From a virus (lineage: Duplodnaviria; Caudoviricetes), in IMG/VR virus record IMGVR_UViG_3300021387_001565, positions 83,320-147,319 of that record: DNA of 64,000 nt. One strand, written 5' to 3'. The position numbers and the translations under genes are program-made. Of the stretch, positions 30,073 through 38,280 are shown in pieces. The first letter of the stretch is position 1, and every line of letters begins with the position of its first letter. The notes under the pieces were generated by a model. The model worked only from the letters and a program-made list of their open reading frames with translations. It searched no databases and was not told where the DNA came from.

Positions 30073-31776
30073 TTAACGGAATAATTTATTTGCATCGACG
30101 GGAGTAAGCCAACCCTGTTCAATCCAATGCTTTACAGAAGCAAAATCATCACTGCCATAATATACCCCGTCACCATCTTCATCATTGTCCGCCGCATCGT
30201 ATGCTTGTCTATCCTTAAAGGAATACAGTGTCATAGAAGTACCACCCATAGGAGCGTCATGGTTTGACTCACCAAATACAACAGCACCGTCCTCATTTAC
30301 CAACCATGAATGACTGTCGTAGTTAGGGTAGCAAACATCTACAAGACCTTTTTCAGCGTCATCATAGTAACCCATAGCCTCACGACCGCCATCCCAACGC
30401 TGATAGTTACCAATTAACCATAAATGACCGCCATAGCACTGTTTAGCAATCTCAGGGGCAACGTTATTAACCAAATCCTCGTAATCTTGGTCGGCATCAA
30501 AAAGCCTATCGCTAAGGTCATAATCACTGAGGTCATCAAGTTCTTCGGGGTCATAACCCATGTCTTCAAGTTCGGCTCTCTTCTCTTCCTCGGAAAGACT
30601 GTCGATATAATCCCGAGTAGCCCACGAATCCCAAATGATGTTCTCGTCCTGTCGTGACTCTTTGAGTGAACGCTTGTGTGCCTTACGTTTCTTATTCTCT
30701 GACATCAAATGCTTCTTACCCGACTTCTTCTGCTTCTTTTCGCCGCAACTCTCGTCAAGTTCATTGCGTGACTTATAATCGGCATACCACCTCTCGGCTT
30801 CATCCTCATTCTTAAAGTACAGCCATGTGTTGCCGATAACATCTTCACCAAGTACAGCACCGTTGTCAGCCCTGTAGAGGTCTTTCTTGCCGTCGATGTA
30901 CTGTTTGTCGTCAAACCAAATATCTCCCGACGATACTACAACGATTGCCATGTCCCGCTCATTTGTACGAAGTGCCCGCTGTGCCTTATTGAGTACCTTG
31001 AGGGTAGAATCAATAGTAGCGTCATCAGCGTTGTCCTGCATACCTTCCATGACTTCATCTACATGATAAACAACTACATTAGGGGAATCCGATAAACCCT
31101 CGTCGATAAGGTCATAGTCAGTCTCAACTACTTCTTTGTACCACGGATTACGCATACGATGAAGTCTGCCGTCACCTGTAAAATTCTTGACATCATCCTT
31201 CTGAATTACCTTCGGGTAATCGTCTCCGAAATCAAGCTCCTCGCCCTTTTTCCACTGTATGTACTGTCTTGCCGACTTATGACCATAGCCGTCATTGTGG
31301 ACTTCCATGTACTTGTGGGGATTTCTCTTGTTTCTGTGGGTGGTCACGGTGGTAGCCTCATTTACTCTTCTGCGTCTTGTAGGTCTACTACCCATGTAAG
31401 ACTCTTCAAGGCTCGGCTTGTTTGACTTTTTGATACTCTCTCTTTTATACCTGTCACGCCACGACTTGCTTCCGTCTTCAAAGTATCCACATGCAATAAC
31501 ATCGTCAAGATATGCAGGGGCGTTCTCACACACGTAAGCATCGAACTCTTTTTCTACAGCAGGGTCTCCCGATTCATTGTCGGAATGTCCTGTATCCTCA
31601 AGGAACATATCCCAAAGAGCATTTTCGATGTCCCAATAATTAAATGTGTATCCATCATACACAAGGTCGGGGTCAGCCCAATCATTATGATATACCATAA
31701 CGATGTCGGGGCAACCACGCCAATTACCTCTTTTAGCCATTGCGTTAAATCTCCTTTGTATTAAGTTCTGTGCCAT
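30073..31776 (-). CDS. Multi-module head cargo candidate
   Basis: Acidic modules separated by K/R-rich linkers with LEES, VNEA, LDES, MSEN, LKES. Confidence 0.8.
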   Translation of the reverse strand: MAQNLIQRRFNAMAKRGNWRGCPDIVMVYHNDWADPDLVYDGYTFNYWDIENALWDMFLEDTGHSDNESGDPAVEKEFDAYVCENAPAYLDDVIACGYFEDGSKSWRDRYKRESIKKSNKPSLEESYMGSRPTRRRRVNEATTVTTHRNKRNPHKYMEVHNDGYGHKSARQYIQWKKGEELDFGDDYPKVIQKDDVKNFTGDGRLHRMRNPWYKEVVETDYDLIDEGLSDSPNVVVYHVDEVMEGMQDNADDATIDSTLKVLNKAQRALRTNERDMAIVVVSSGDIWFDDKQYIDGKKDLYRADNGAVLGEDVIGNTWLYFKNEDEAERWYADYKSRNELDESCGEKKQKKSGKKHLMSENKKRKAHKRSLKESRQDENIIWDSWATRDYIDSLSEEEKRAELEDMGYDPEELDDLSDYDLSDRLFDADQDYEDLVNNVAPEIAKQCYGGHLWLIGNYQRWDGGREAMGYYDDAEKGLVDVCYPNYDSHSWLVNEDGAVVFGESNHDAPMGGTSMTLYSFKDRQAYDAADNDEDGDGVYYGSDDFASVKHWIEQGWLTPVDANKLFR

Positions 31777-32438
31777 TTAAGGTCATCACCGAAACGGTCT
31801 GTACAACCGTTAAGTCTTATCTCATCTATACAGGGAAGCAATCTTCCGTTTCGGTCAATCTTATAAGTCGTTCCGCTCTTTCCCTGTACGAGAAGCGCAT
31901 TGCCTTTGTGGGCAGTTCCTGTTACTATGCCTTTAAAGCGATTGTTGTTATCGTAGAACTCTATTTCGTCTCCGACCTCAACACTATCATAACGGTTACC
32001 CACATAACTTTCCCTCACTCTGCCTCTGCCGTTCCATCCTTCGGGCGGAAGAAGCATTTTACCCAACTTCTTTTGCAGAGCACCGATGTTAGTATCAAAT
32101 AAGTCATCATTAACTAATCTGATATTCTCGAATCCGTAGCCATACTTGGAGCGACGGTCTTTTTTAGTAGCCTTTTCTTCTGCAACACCTGTGATAAGGA
32201 TTCCGAGTGTTGAGTATGGTTTAATCCCGTCTTTGAGCATTTCTCTTGTAATGCCCTTTGTAGCCGCTCTGTACGTTTTTTCACTATACCTGTTAACAAT
32301 TTCATCGACTGTAACAGGAATAGTTTCGAGAACGTCAAAGTTCTCAAACTCCTCATCTTTAAACTCAACAAGGTCTACAGCGAAGTCAGTCTGCCCATTA
32401 TAACTCTCGGTCAGACTCTTTTCGATGATAAGTTTCAT
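31761..32438 (-). CDS. Head cargo candidate, two modules
   Basis: MKLIIEKSLTES N-terminus; RGRVRES linker. Confidence 0.75.
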   Translation of the reverse strand: MKLIIEKSLTESYNGQTDFAVDLVEFKDEEFENFDVLETIPVTVDEIVNRYSEKTYRAATKGITREMLKDGIKPYSTLGILITGVAEEKATKKDRRSKYGYGFENIRLVNDDLFDTNIGALQKKLGKMLLPPEGWNGRGRVRESYVGNRYDSVEVGDEIEFYDNNNRFKGIVTGTAHKGNALLVQGKSGTTYKIDRNGRLLPCIDEIRLNGCTDRFGDDLKWHRT

Positions 32439-32547
32439 ACTTTGTACCTCACTTAGGTTGTTAGCAACTTTGTTAAATTATACAATCTGTCCGTGCAAAA
32501 AGCAACAGACCCGACCACCATATTATACAATGTGAAAACTTGCTAAC

Positions 32548-33168
32548 TTAATTGTTGGCAAGTTTTGTTAATTGCTTATTGTACTTGACGAGTTTCTTAC
32601 GGGCAATGGCTTTCTGTTTATCGGACAGATAGCCATGCTTCTTTAAGAACTCTGCGAAAGAAGAGAGAATAGGGCTGTCAACACCGTTGAAACCATAACC
32701 GTTATTTTCAGTGGTAGCACCAACACTCTGCTCTTCTGCTGTCTGACACTCATAGAGTTTGAGAAGACCGCCATAGAGTACCTTGTCGTTGGACTGAATG
32801 AGCGTCTTAACCTCTTCCTCAGTCCAAATTCTCTTGGGCTTTTCTTCCTTTGCAGGAGCAACTACTGTAGGCTGTGTAGTGGCAGTAACATCTACCCAAC
32901 CGAATGAATCACAGTAAAAATACTTGAGTTCCCCGTTGTTCTCAGTGGCTACGATGTCACTGACGCTGAGGGAATGTCCCTTAAAATCAGCAGGGTGGTT
33001 GCAGTTGAACTCTTCAAACATCTCGTCGAGTCCTGTGTAGTTTCTTTCTGCCACATATACCTGCTCATAGTCAGCAAGATTAAAACCGTGCTCTTTTGCA
33101 AAGTCCCATCTCATAAAACCGTAAGCAGTGTCTCTCATGTCTCTTAACTGATAGAGGAAGAATTTCAT
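32548..33168 (-). CDS. YodL-like domain fused to a helical phage domain
   Basis: YQLR, FEEFN..HPADFKGHSLSVSDIV, YCDSFGW; C-domain QTAEEQ...NGYGFNGVD. Confidence 0.85.
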   Translation of the reverse strand: MKFFLYQLRDMRDTAYGFMRWDFAKEHGFNLADYEQVYVAERNYTGLDEMFEEFNCNHPADFKGHSLSVSDIVATENNGELKYFYCDSFGWVDVTATTQPTVVAPAKEEKPKRIWTEEEVKTLIQSNDKVLYGGLLKLYECQTAEEQSVGATTENNGYGFNGVDSPILSSFAEFLKKHGYLSDKQKAIARKKLVKYNKQLTKLANN

Positions 33169-33213
33169 AGTTCGTACCCCCTGTGTTTTGTGCTCAACAA
33201 CGATTACAAGTTA

Positions 33214-33250
33214 ATTATAAACTATGGTAAGAACAAAAATCAACAGATTT
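33214..33250 (-). promoter_or_regulatory. Early-type promoter
   Basis: AAATCTG-TTGATT-N18-TATAAT. Confidence 0.85.
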
Positions 33251-33260
33251 GGAAATACAA

Positions 33261-33294
33261 AAAAATCCCCCGAGCATTAGCTTGAGGGATTTTT
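33261..33294 (-). terminator. Terminator closing the ncRNA operon
   Basis: AAAAATCCC...GGGATTTTT with T-tract on minus strand. Confidence 0.85.
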
Positions 33295-33668
33295 ACAGGT
33301 AGTGTCTCACAGGGCATCTTTAACCTGTTTGGATTTGGAAGAACTAGATATGCAGGACGACTACCACATTGAAGGCTCATAGGACTTACTGCATACCCAC
33401 GGGACAGGCTCTTTCGGATTTAAAGTCGCTATGCATGTATCTGTCTATATTCCGTCCGTGTTTGTTCTTATTACCTATATTATCTATCCAAATCCGTTCC
33501 ATTATCACACTTGGAGAGCGGTTGGTTACTGTTCCACCAACAAGTCACGTGAATCTTGTTACGGCAAAGTTACGCTATACTCTCACACCTATCGCGTCAT
33601 AACCCGCGAGTTTTGACTGAGGGATTTCTACCCCCGTGCTCAAACAACATCCTAGCTTGTTGATTGGG

Positions 33669-33847
33669 TGTCTCGGGTGAGGATTTGCACCTCACATGTA
33701 AGAGTCTTATAAGCCTACGATTTTAAATCGTGCTCTTACGCCACGCCCACGGCAATGCGTTTACTAACTCCCCCATCCGAGTGAAGCAACTAAGTAGGTC
33801 ATCGCGGTCTATGCCTCTCGCTACTTATCTATTCCGCCACCGAGACA
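33669..33847 (-). ncRNA. tRNA-like RNA J (paralogous family; about 65-nt D-loop insertion)
   Basis: GTCTCGG/CCGAGAC acceptor; GTGAGG-TGCAAAT-CCTCAC T-arm. Confidence 0.8.
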
Positions 33848-33957
33848 AATGAGTCAATCAATTTTCGATGCTAGCCTCTACTCACTGACTTATGCCTTAA
33901 AGACTCTGACACTCTTCGACCGTGAGAATACTCTCCGCTGTGCCGCCGACACACCGC

Positions 33958-34072
33958 TATCTCGGGTAAGGATTTTCACCTTACATAGGGCTTTCCATTC
34001 TTTATTTATCCCGTCTTCAAGCCCCTCAATGCACGGTCACGAACTGCGTCTACTTATTCCGCCACCGAGATA
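33958..34072 (-). ncRNA. tRNA-like RNA I (paralogous family)
   Basis: ATCTCGG/CCGAGAT acceptor; GCGGAATAAGTAGACGC D-arm; GTAAGG-TGAAAAT-CCTTAC. Confidence 0.85.
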
Positions 34073-34281
34073 CGCTGATTTATATCGTTATGTGCGTGTC
34101 AGCCACGCCCACTATGGTTGCACTTTAAATCAGCAAACTTTCCCACGTGCCACAGTCATTATCTCGGTCACTCTGTGTACACACTGACTCGACCGCCTAT
34201 CCGTTTATCGGTTCGTAGGGAGAACCGCCGCTTTCTGTTGGGTTTAGGGACATCTGTGAAAGCAGTAAGAATGTGTCCTCG

Positions 34282-34364
34282 TGGGAACATTGGGATTCGA
34301 ACCCAAACTCGGCTCTCCTTGTTTGATGTGTGCACGCCACTCTGCCAATTAAGATATGTTCCCA
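34282..34364 (-). ncRNA. tRNA-like RNA H (anticodon loop expanded to about 22 nt)
   Basis: GGGAACA/TGTTCCC; D-loop AATTGGC; TTGGG-TTCGAAT-CCCAA. Confidence 0.85.
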
Positions 34365-34487
34365 TATCCTACTCCTATCGCAGGCGGCGCGTTCGTCGTT
34401 GTGCCTGTCTTTGTTTCGTGAGTACATACTTTAAGTACGCTTTACCTCACTCACACCCATTTCGTTTCGGACAAATCCCTTTCGGGA

Positions 34488-34577
34488 TGTCTCGGGTAAG
34501 GATTTGCACCTAACATATTCCGTGTACTTTGGAACTCGCCAAGGCTATAAGCGTCTACCTATTCCGCCACCGAGACA
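34488..34577 (-). ncRNA. tRNA-like RNA G (paralogous family)
   Basis: GTCTCGG/CCGAGAC; GCGGAATAGGTAGACGC; GTTAGG-TGCAAAT-CCTTAC. Confidence 0.85.
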
Positions 34578-34580
34578 AAC

Positions 34581-34667
34581 GAGCACATTCAGAATCGAAC
34601 TGAAACCTCGGCACTGACCGCGCCGCGAACTGTTAACTTAAATCGACTTCCATTATTCTATGTGCCC
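34581..34667 (-). ncRNA. tRNA-like RNA F
   Basis: GGGCACA/TGTGCTC; TTCAG-TTCGATT-CTGAA; non-canonical centre. Confidence 0.75.
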
Positions 34668-34785
34668 AATGTGACCGACTTCATGCACCTTGATGGCATC
34701 TCAGTAACAATCTCACATCTTTCAAAGGGCTTTGATGGCTAATCTCCACTTATCTTCGGCTGATGTGTTTACACCTGTCGGTCTA

Positions 34786-34897
34786 TGTCGCAGGCGAGGA
34801 GTTGAACCTCACATGATTGGATTTTTTAAAAGGACAATTAGGTGTGCACCCCTATCCAATCTAGTCCCTATAACGTCTATCTTTCGCCACTGCGACA
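34786..34897 (-). ncRNA. tRNA-like RNA E (divergent family member)
   Basis: GTCGCAG/CTGCGAC; GTGAGG-TTCAACT-CCTCGC; GATTGGAT/ATCCAATC arm. Confidence 0.82.
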
Positions 34898-34898
34898 A

Positions 34899-34969
34899 TG
34901 GAAGTGGTGCAGTCGAAACACCCTCAGTGCCTACACTTTTCGTCAGCCTTATGAGTCCGTTTACTTCCA
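34899..34969 (-). ncRNA. tRNA-like RNA D (acceptor plus T-arm, no D-arm recognised)
   Basis: TGGAAGT/ACTTCCA; GGTGT-TTCGACT-GCACC. Confidence 0.7.
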
Positions 34970-35136
34970 ACCTATCGTCTTTCCGATATGTCAACCGCTC
35001 TCTTAACGTACTGCTTGCTCATTTACGCGGTCAAATCGAGCACTGTACACCGTGTACGCTTGGAGTAGGTTTAGCGTGTACATGCATCCCCTCGGTCTTC
35101 TCAAACAGTTTATCAACTGCGGCACATCTCGACTAC

Positions 35137-35252
35137 TATCTCGGGTAAGGATTTGCACCTTACATGGATGTATCTTTCCTTGGCTACATACTCCGTCGAC
35201 TGAGTTGATGTATTTTAAACCTAGCGTCTACCACTATTCCACCACCGAGATA
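35137..35252 (-). ncRNA. tRNA-like RNA C (paralogous family)
   Basis: ATCTCGG/CCGAGAT; GTGGAATAGTGGTAGACGC; GTAAGG-TGCAAAT-CCTTAC. Confidence 0.85.
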
Positions 35253-35282
35253 CACAAATCATAGTATGGGCTAAAGCCCAAC

Positions 35283-35359
35283 AGAGTTGACAGGATTCGA
35301 ACCTGCGTAGGCGGTCGCCGTTAATCGTCCGCTGTGACTACCATTTGTCCTACAACTCT
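35283..35359 (-). ncRNA. tRNA-like RNA B (irregular anticodon arm)
   Basis: AGAGTTG/CAACTCT; GAC-AAATGGTA-GTC; GCAGG-TTCGAAT-CCTGT. Confidence 0.82.
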
Positions 35360-35425
35360 AAATTAGGCACTTTCGTAGTTCCCACGACGGACATTATCCG
35401 TTGTTACTCGGCTCTTTGTCCGAGG

Positions 35426-35491
35426 ATACCTTGAGGTGGGATTTGAACCCACATAGTCGTCACTGTTTTATCATTAAACTACTCAAGGTAT
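35426..35491 (-). ncRNA. tRNA-like RNA A (no anticodon arm)
   Basis: 10-bp ATACCTTGAG/CTCAAGGTAT stem; GTTT..AAAC D-arm; GTGGG-TTCAAAT-CCCAC; only AGT-GACG-ACT between. Confidence 0.85.
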
Positions 35492-35656
35492 TTGCGGTCA
35501 CTCGGTGTGCCGCCGACCCTGTGGTTTTTCACATGGGGGTAGGACACCAACAGAGAAACTACCACGCTCATGTGGTGAACGAGTATCCAACTGACGAAAA
35601 CCGAACCTTACAGGCTGTTTGTCCGTAGCAATTGTTTACTTGCCGCTCACAAGTAC

Positions 35657-35693
35657 ATCATAACACAGGTCAAAAGCAAAAATCAACAGATTT
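35657..35693 (-). promoter_or_regulatory. Early-type promoter driving ncRNA operon
   Basis: AAATCTG-TTGATT-N18-TATGAT. Confidence 0.85.
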
Positions 35694-35697
35694 GAAA

Positions 35698-36594
35698 TTA
35701 TGCTTTTACAATTCCTTTGAGAACCCCTAAATTCTCATATCCTTCAAGTCGAATATCCTTAAGTTCCTTCGATGTGTCAAAGTCGAAGAAGTCCTTAATC
35801 TCGGGGTTAATCCAAAGAGTAGGGGCAGGCATCTTGATTGCTTCATCTCTGCGTTTGAGCATTTCTTCTACAGTATCCCAATGTTCCTCATACAAGTGAA
35901 CGTCACACATGTTGTAGTGCATTTCTCCTGCCTCAAGTCCACATGTATGTGCAATCATGTAATGTTGCATAGCGTACTGTGTGATGTTGAACGGAACGCC
36001 AAGGAAAGTATCACATGACCTCTGCTCTACAAAGGAATACAGTTTACCGTCCATTACAACGTACTGAACCTTGTACACACACGGGGGAAGAACAGCATCC
36101 TTAAAGAACGGCGGTTGCCACATGGTAATGATGATACGGCGGTCATTTGGAGTGTTCTTGATTTTGTTGATAGCTACACGAACTTGGTCAATGTCCGCAA
36201 CCTCACTTCCATGCTTAATGATATAAGCATAGGACTTTCCAATAGTGTGAGCAAATTCTTCTCCGATAAATTTTTCTTCTCCTGTGTCGGGGTTGCGATA
36301 GATACCGTCCTCAGATGTCTCGAACTTATCCCAAATGTGGATATTACGTTCCTGCAACCACCTTACATCGATTGACTGTACAAGATAAATCCACATCATC
36401 TCAAGTGTGGCAGTCTTCCAACCGACCTTCTTACAGTTTAAGATTGGGAACTCTCCACCGTATTTGGGATTGAGATTAAACACCCAATGTGCCCCGGGGA
36501 TACGTTTAGTAATTCCGTTTCGACCTTCGGCAACAACACCTTTACGTAATATCTTCTCACAGGTGTCGAGATACAACTTGTCAAAGTTAGCCAT
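35698..36594 (-). CDS. thyA: Thymidylate synthase
   Basis: PNDRRII, LPPC, QRSCDTFLGVPFNITQY, DVHLYEEH. Confidence 0.97.
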   Translation of the reverse strand: MANFDKLYLDTCEKILRKGVVAEGRNGITKRIPGAHWVFNLNPKYGGEFPILNCKKVGWKTATLEMMWIYLVQSIDVRWLQERNIHIWDKFETSEDGIYRNPDTGEEKFIGEEFAHTIGKSYAYIIKHGSEVADIDQVRVAINKIKNTPNDRRIIITMWQPPFFKDAVLPPCVYKVQYVVMDGKLYSFVEQRSCDTFLGVPFNITQYAMQHYMIAHTCGLEAGEMHYNMCDVHLYEEHWDTVEEMLKRRDEAIKMPAPTLWINPEIKDFFDFDTSKELKDIRLEGYENLGVLKGIVKA

Positions 36595-36613
36595 AAGTTA
36601 ATGTCCTTTCTAT

Positions 36614-36868
36614 TTATTTTTCATTTAACCACATAAGAGCATCAACACAATGCTGATGAACAGCGTGTGTTCCCGCCCACAAGTCATCCACTGTAGGGGT
36701 GTACAAAGGGCTAGGCTTACCTTTCGCTTCTTGTTCCTGTGCATAAAGATAATTACGAACTTGTTTAACAAAATCTTTTGCTTCGCGTAGTGTCTGCTCA
36801 ATAAATTCGTCTCTCGTCATAGTCAATGTCCTTTCATGATAGATATCTATAGTCACTATACCATACAA
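36614..36868 (-). CDS. Hypothetical protein (probable start MTRDEF)
   Basis: GAAAGGA RBS before MTRD; promoter-like TTGATT upstream. Confidence 0.55.
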   Translation of the reverse strand: MYGIVTIDIYHERTLTMTRDEFIEQTLREAKDFVKQVRNYLYAQEQEAKGKPSPLYTPTVDDLWAGTHAVHQHCVDALMWLNEK

Positions 36869-36894
36869 CAGTCAAGAAAATCAACAAAAGCAAG

Positions 36895-36927
36895 AAAAAG
36901 CCCGCACCAAATTAGTGCGGGATTTTT
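36895..36927 (-). terminator. Intrinsic terminator
   Basis: CCCGCAC-CAAATTA-GTGCGGG flanked by A/T tracts. Confidence 0.8.
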
Positions 36928-36958
36928 CTTCAAAAAATTAGAAAGGGATAATAAGTCA

Positions 36959-38269
36959 TTAATCGGCAAGATAATCGTCTATGTCGTATGCTTCGTCGCC
37001 CCACTCTACCTTATCGGGAGCGTATCTATGTTTCTGTCCGTCAATACCGTCGGCTTCGACATATGCACCGTTCTGAACTTTTTCCCAAATCCAGTCACGA
37101 AGTTCTTCATAGTCGTTGGTCTCAATATCGTCCTCTAAACCTCTGAACCTGCTGTCATAGTAAGAACGTCCTACGAATACATCATCGCCCATATCTTCAT
37201 CAAGATACCGAGCAATATCCTGTCTTACTTTGTACTTCGGTCCTTCAAACGACTTGAAATCCTTCTCACCGTCCTTGCCTTTCCAAACTCTGCCCCAAGT
37301 CTTAGATGCTACTCTAGGCTGTTTGTCAAGTTTACGACCCATGTGCATATTGCCCCACTTGTCCTTACGGGTGTCAAACGCTGTTGTACGTTCCTCTCTG
37401 TCTTGGAACTGAACACGAGTGTCACCTTCGGTTGCTTCCCAAGCATCAGACTCTTCGTTGTAATCAAGGTCGCCTTTACGGATACGGTCGGAAAGGACTG
37501 ATTCCTTTATCAGTTTTTTCCAATCTCCGCTCATAGTCTCGTTAACGAGTTTAAGAGGGGCTTTGCCATATTTCTTGGTAAGAGCCTCAATTACTGCATG
37601 ACGGATGTTTGCCTGTGACTTATTCATGCTCTCGGTCAGTTTATCAATATTATCAATAGCGTCAGCAAGAGCAGGAGTGTTGGGTATCTTTGTCCCACGG
37701 AGCTTTGTCCTGTAATACCACATGGTAATGTCCTCAGTAAGACGCTTTGCATCATACTGTAACCGCTGTAACACAAATGTTAAGTAGAAAGTCCACTTAC
37801 CATTACGTGCATCGGGAGCATCAGAAGGTAACCATGCATCGTTTATTACAAAACTATCGGGGCGGATATTCGTAACAAAGCACTTTCCACCATACTCCGC
37901 AAAAATACCCTTGATATTGTCGATAAGGTCAGCATTACTGCCCTCAAGGATACGGTCATAGATGTCTCTCTGAAACCGCATGCAGTCAAAGATAACATCC
38001 TCGCTCTCTCCATAGGCGTTTGCTTTCTGCTCTTCATCGTCCTCAAAAAAGTTTTCACGAACAATGTGTCTTGCCTCACGGAACTTGCGGTTTTCCTCAA
38101 GTGGCTTCATACCTGCTTTGCGGGCGTTGTCCTTGATGGTCTTTTGAGCATCCTTTGCCCGTTTAGTCAACTTCTCATCATCTTCGACAGCACCTGCTGA
38201 CGAAGGGGTTAAAGCGCGTACATCTTTGTCTGTACGCTTTAAGTTCTTGTTATAATCGTCAAGTTTCAT
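36959..38269 (-). CDS. Multi-module head cargo candidate
   Basis: LEEN, FREA, VREN, LTES, VNET, IKES, LDED motifs between modules. Confidence 0.75.
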   Translation of the reverse strand: MKLDDYNKNLKRTDKDVRALTPSSAGAVEDDEKLTKRAKDAQKTIKDNARKAGMKPLEENRKFREARHIVRENFFEDDEEQKANAYGESEDVIFDCMRFQRDIYDRILEGSNADLIDNIKGIFAEYGGKCFVTNIRPDSFVINDAWLPSDAPDARNGKWTFYLTFVLQRLQYDAKRLTEDITMWYYRTKLRGTKIPNTPALADAIDNIDKLTESMNKSQANIRHAVIEALTKKYGKAPLKLVNETMSGDWKKLIKESVLSDRIRKGDLDYNEESDAWEATEGDTRVQFQDREERTTAFDTRKDKWGNMHMGRKLDKQPRVASKTWGRVWKGKDGEKDFKSFEGPKYKVRQDIARYLDEDMGDDVFVGRSYYDSRFRGLEDDIETNDYEELRDWIWEKVQNGAYVEADGIDGQKHRYAPDKVEWGDEAYDIDDYLAD

Positions 38270-38280
38270 AATCGTTCACC

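Noticed and set aside
33669-35252. CRISPR array interpretation of the repeats
   Set aside because: Irregular spacing, two-part repeats that pair into tRNA stems, no cas genes in the window
34899-35620. Hammerhead or HDV-like (theta) ribozymes at CTGACGA motifs and tRNA trailers
   Set aside because: Required stem II-GAAA or nested pseudoknot could not be built by hand; a motif search is still worthwhile
33369-35628. Short ORFs across the RNA operon
   Set aside because: No RBS, atypical composition, overlap covarying RNA stems
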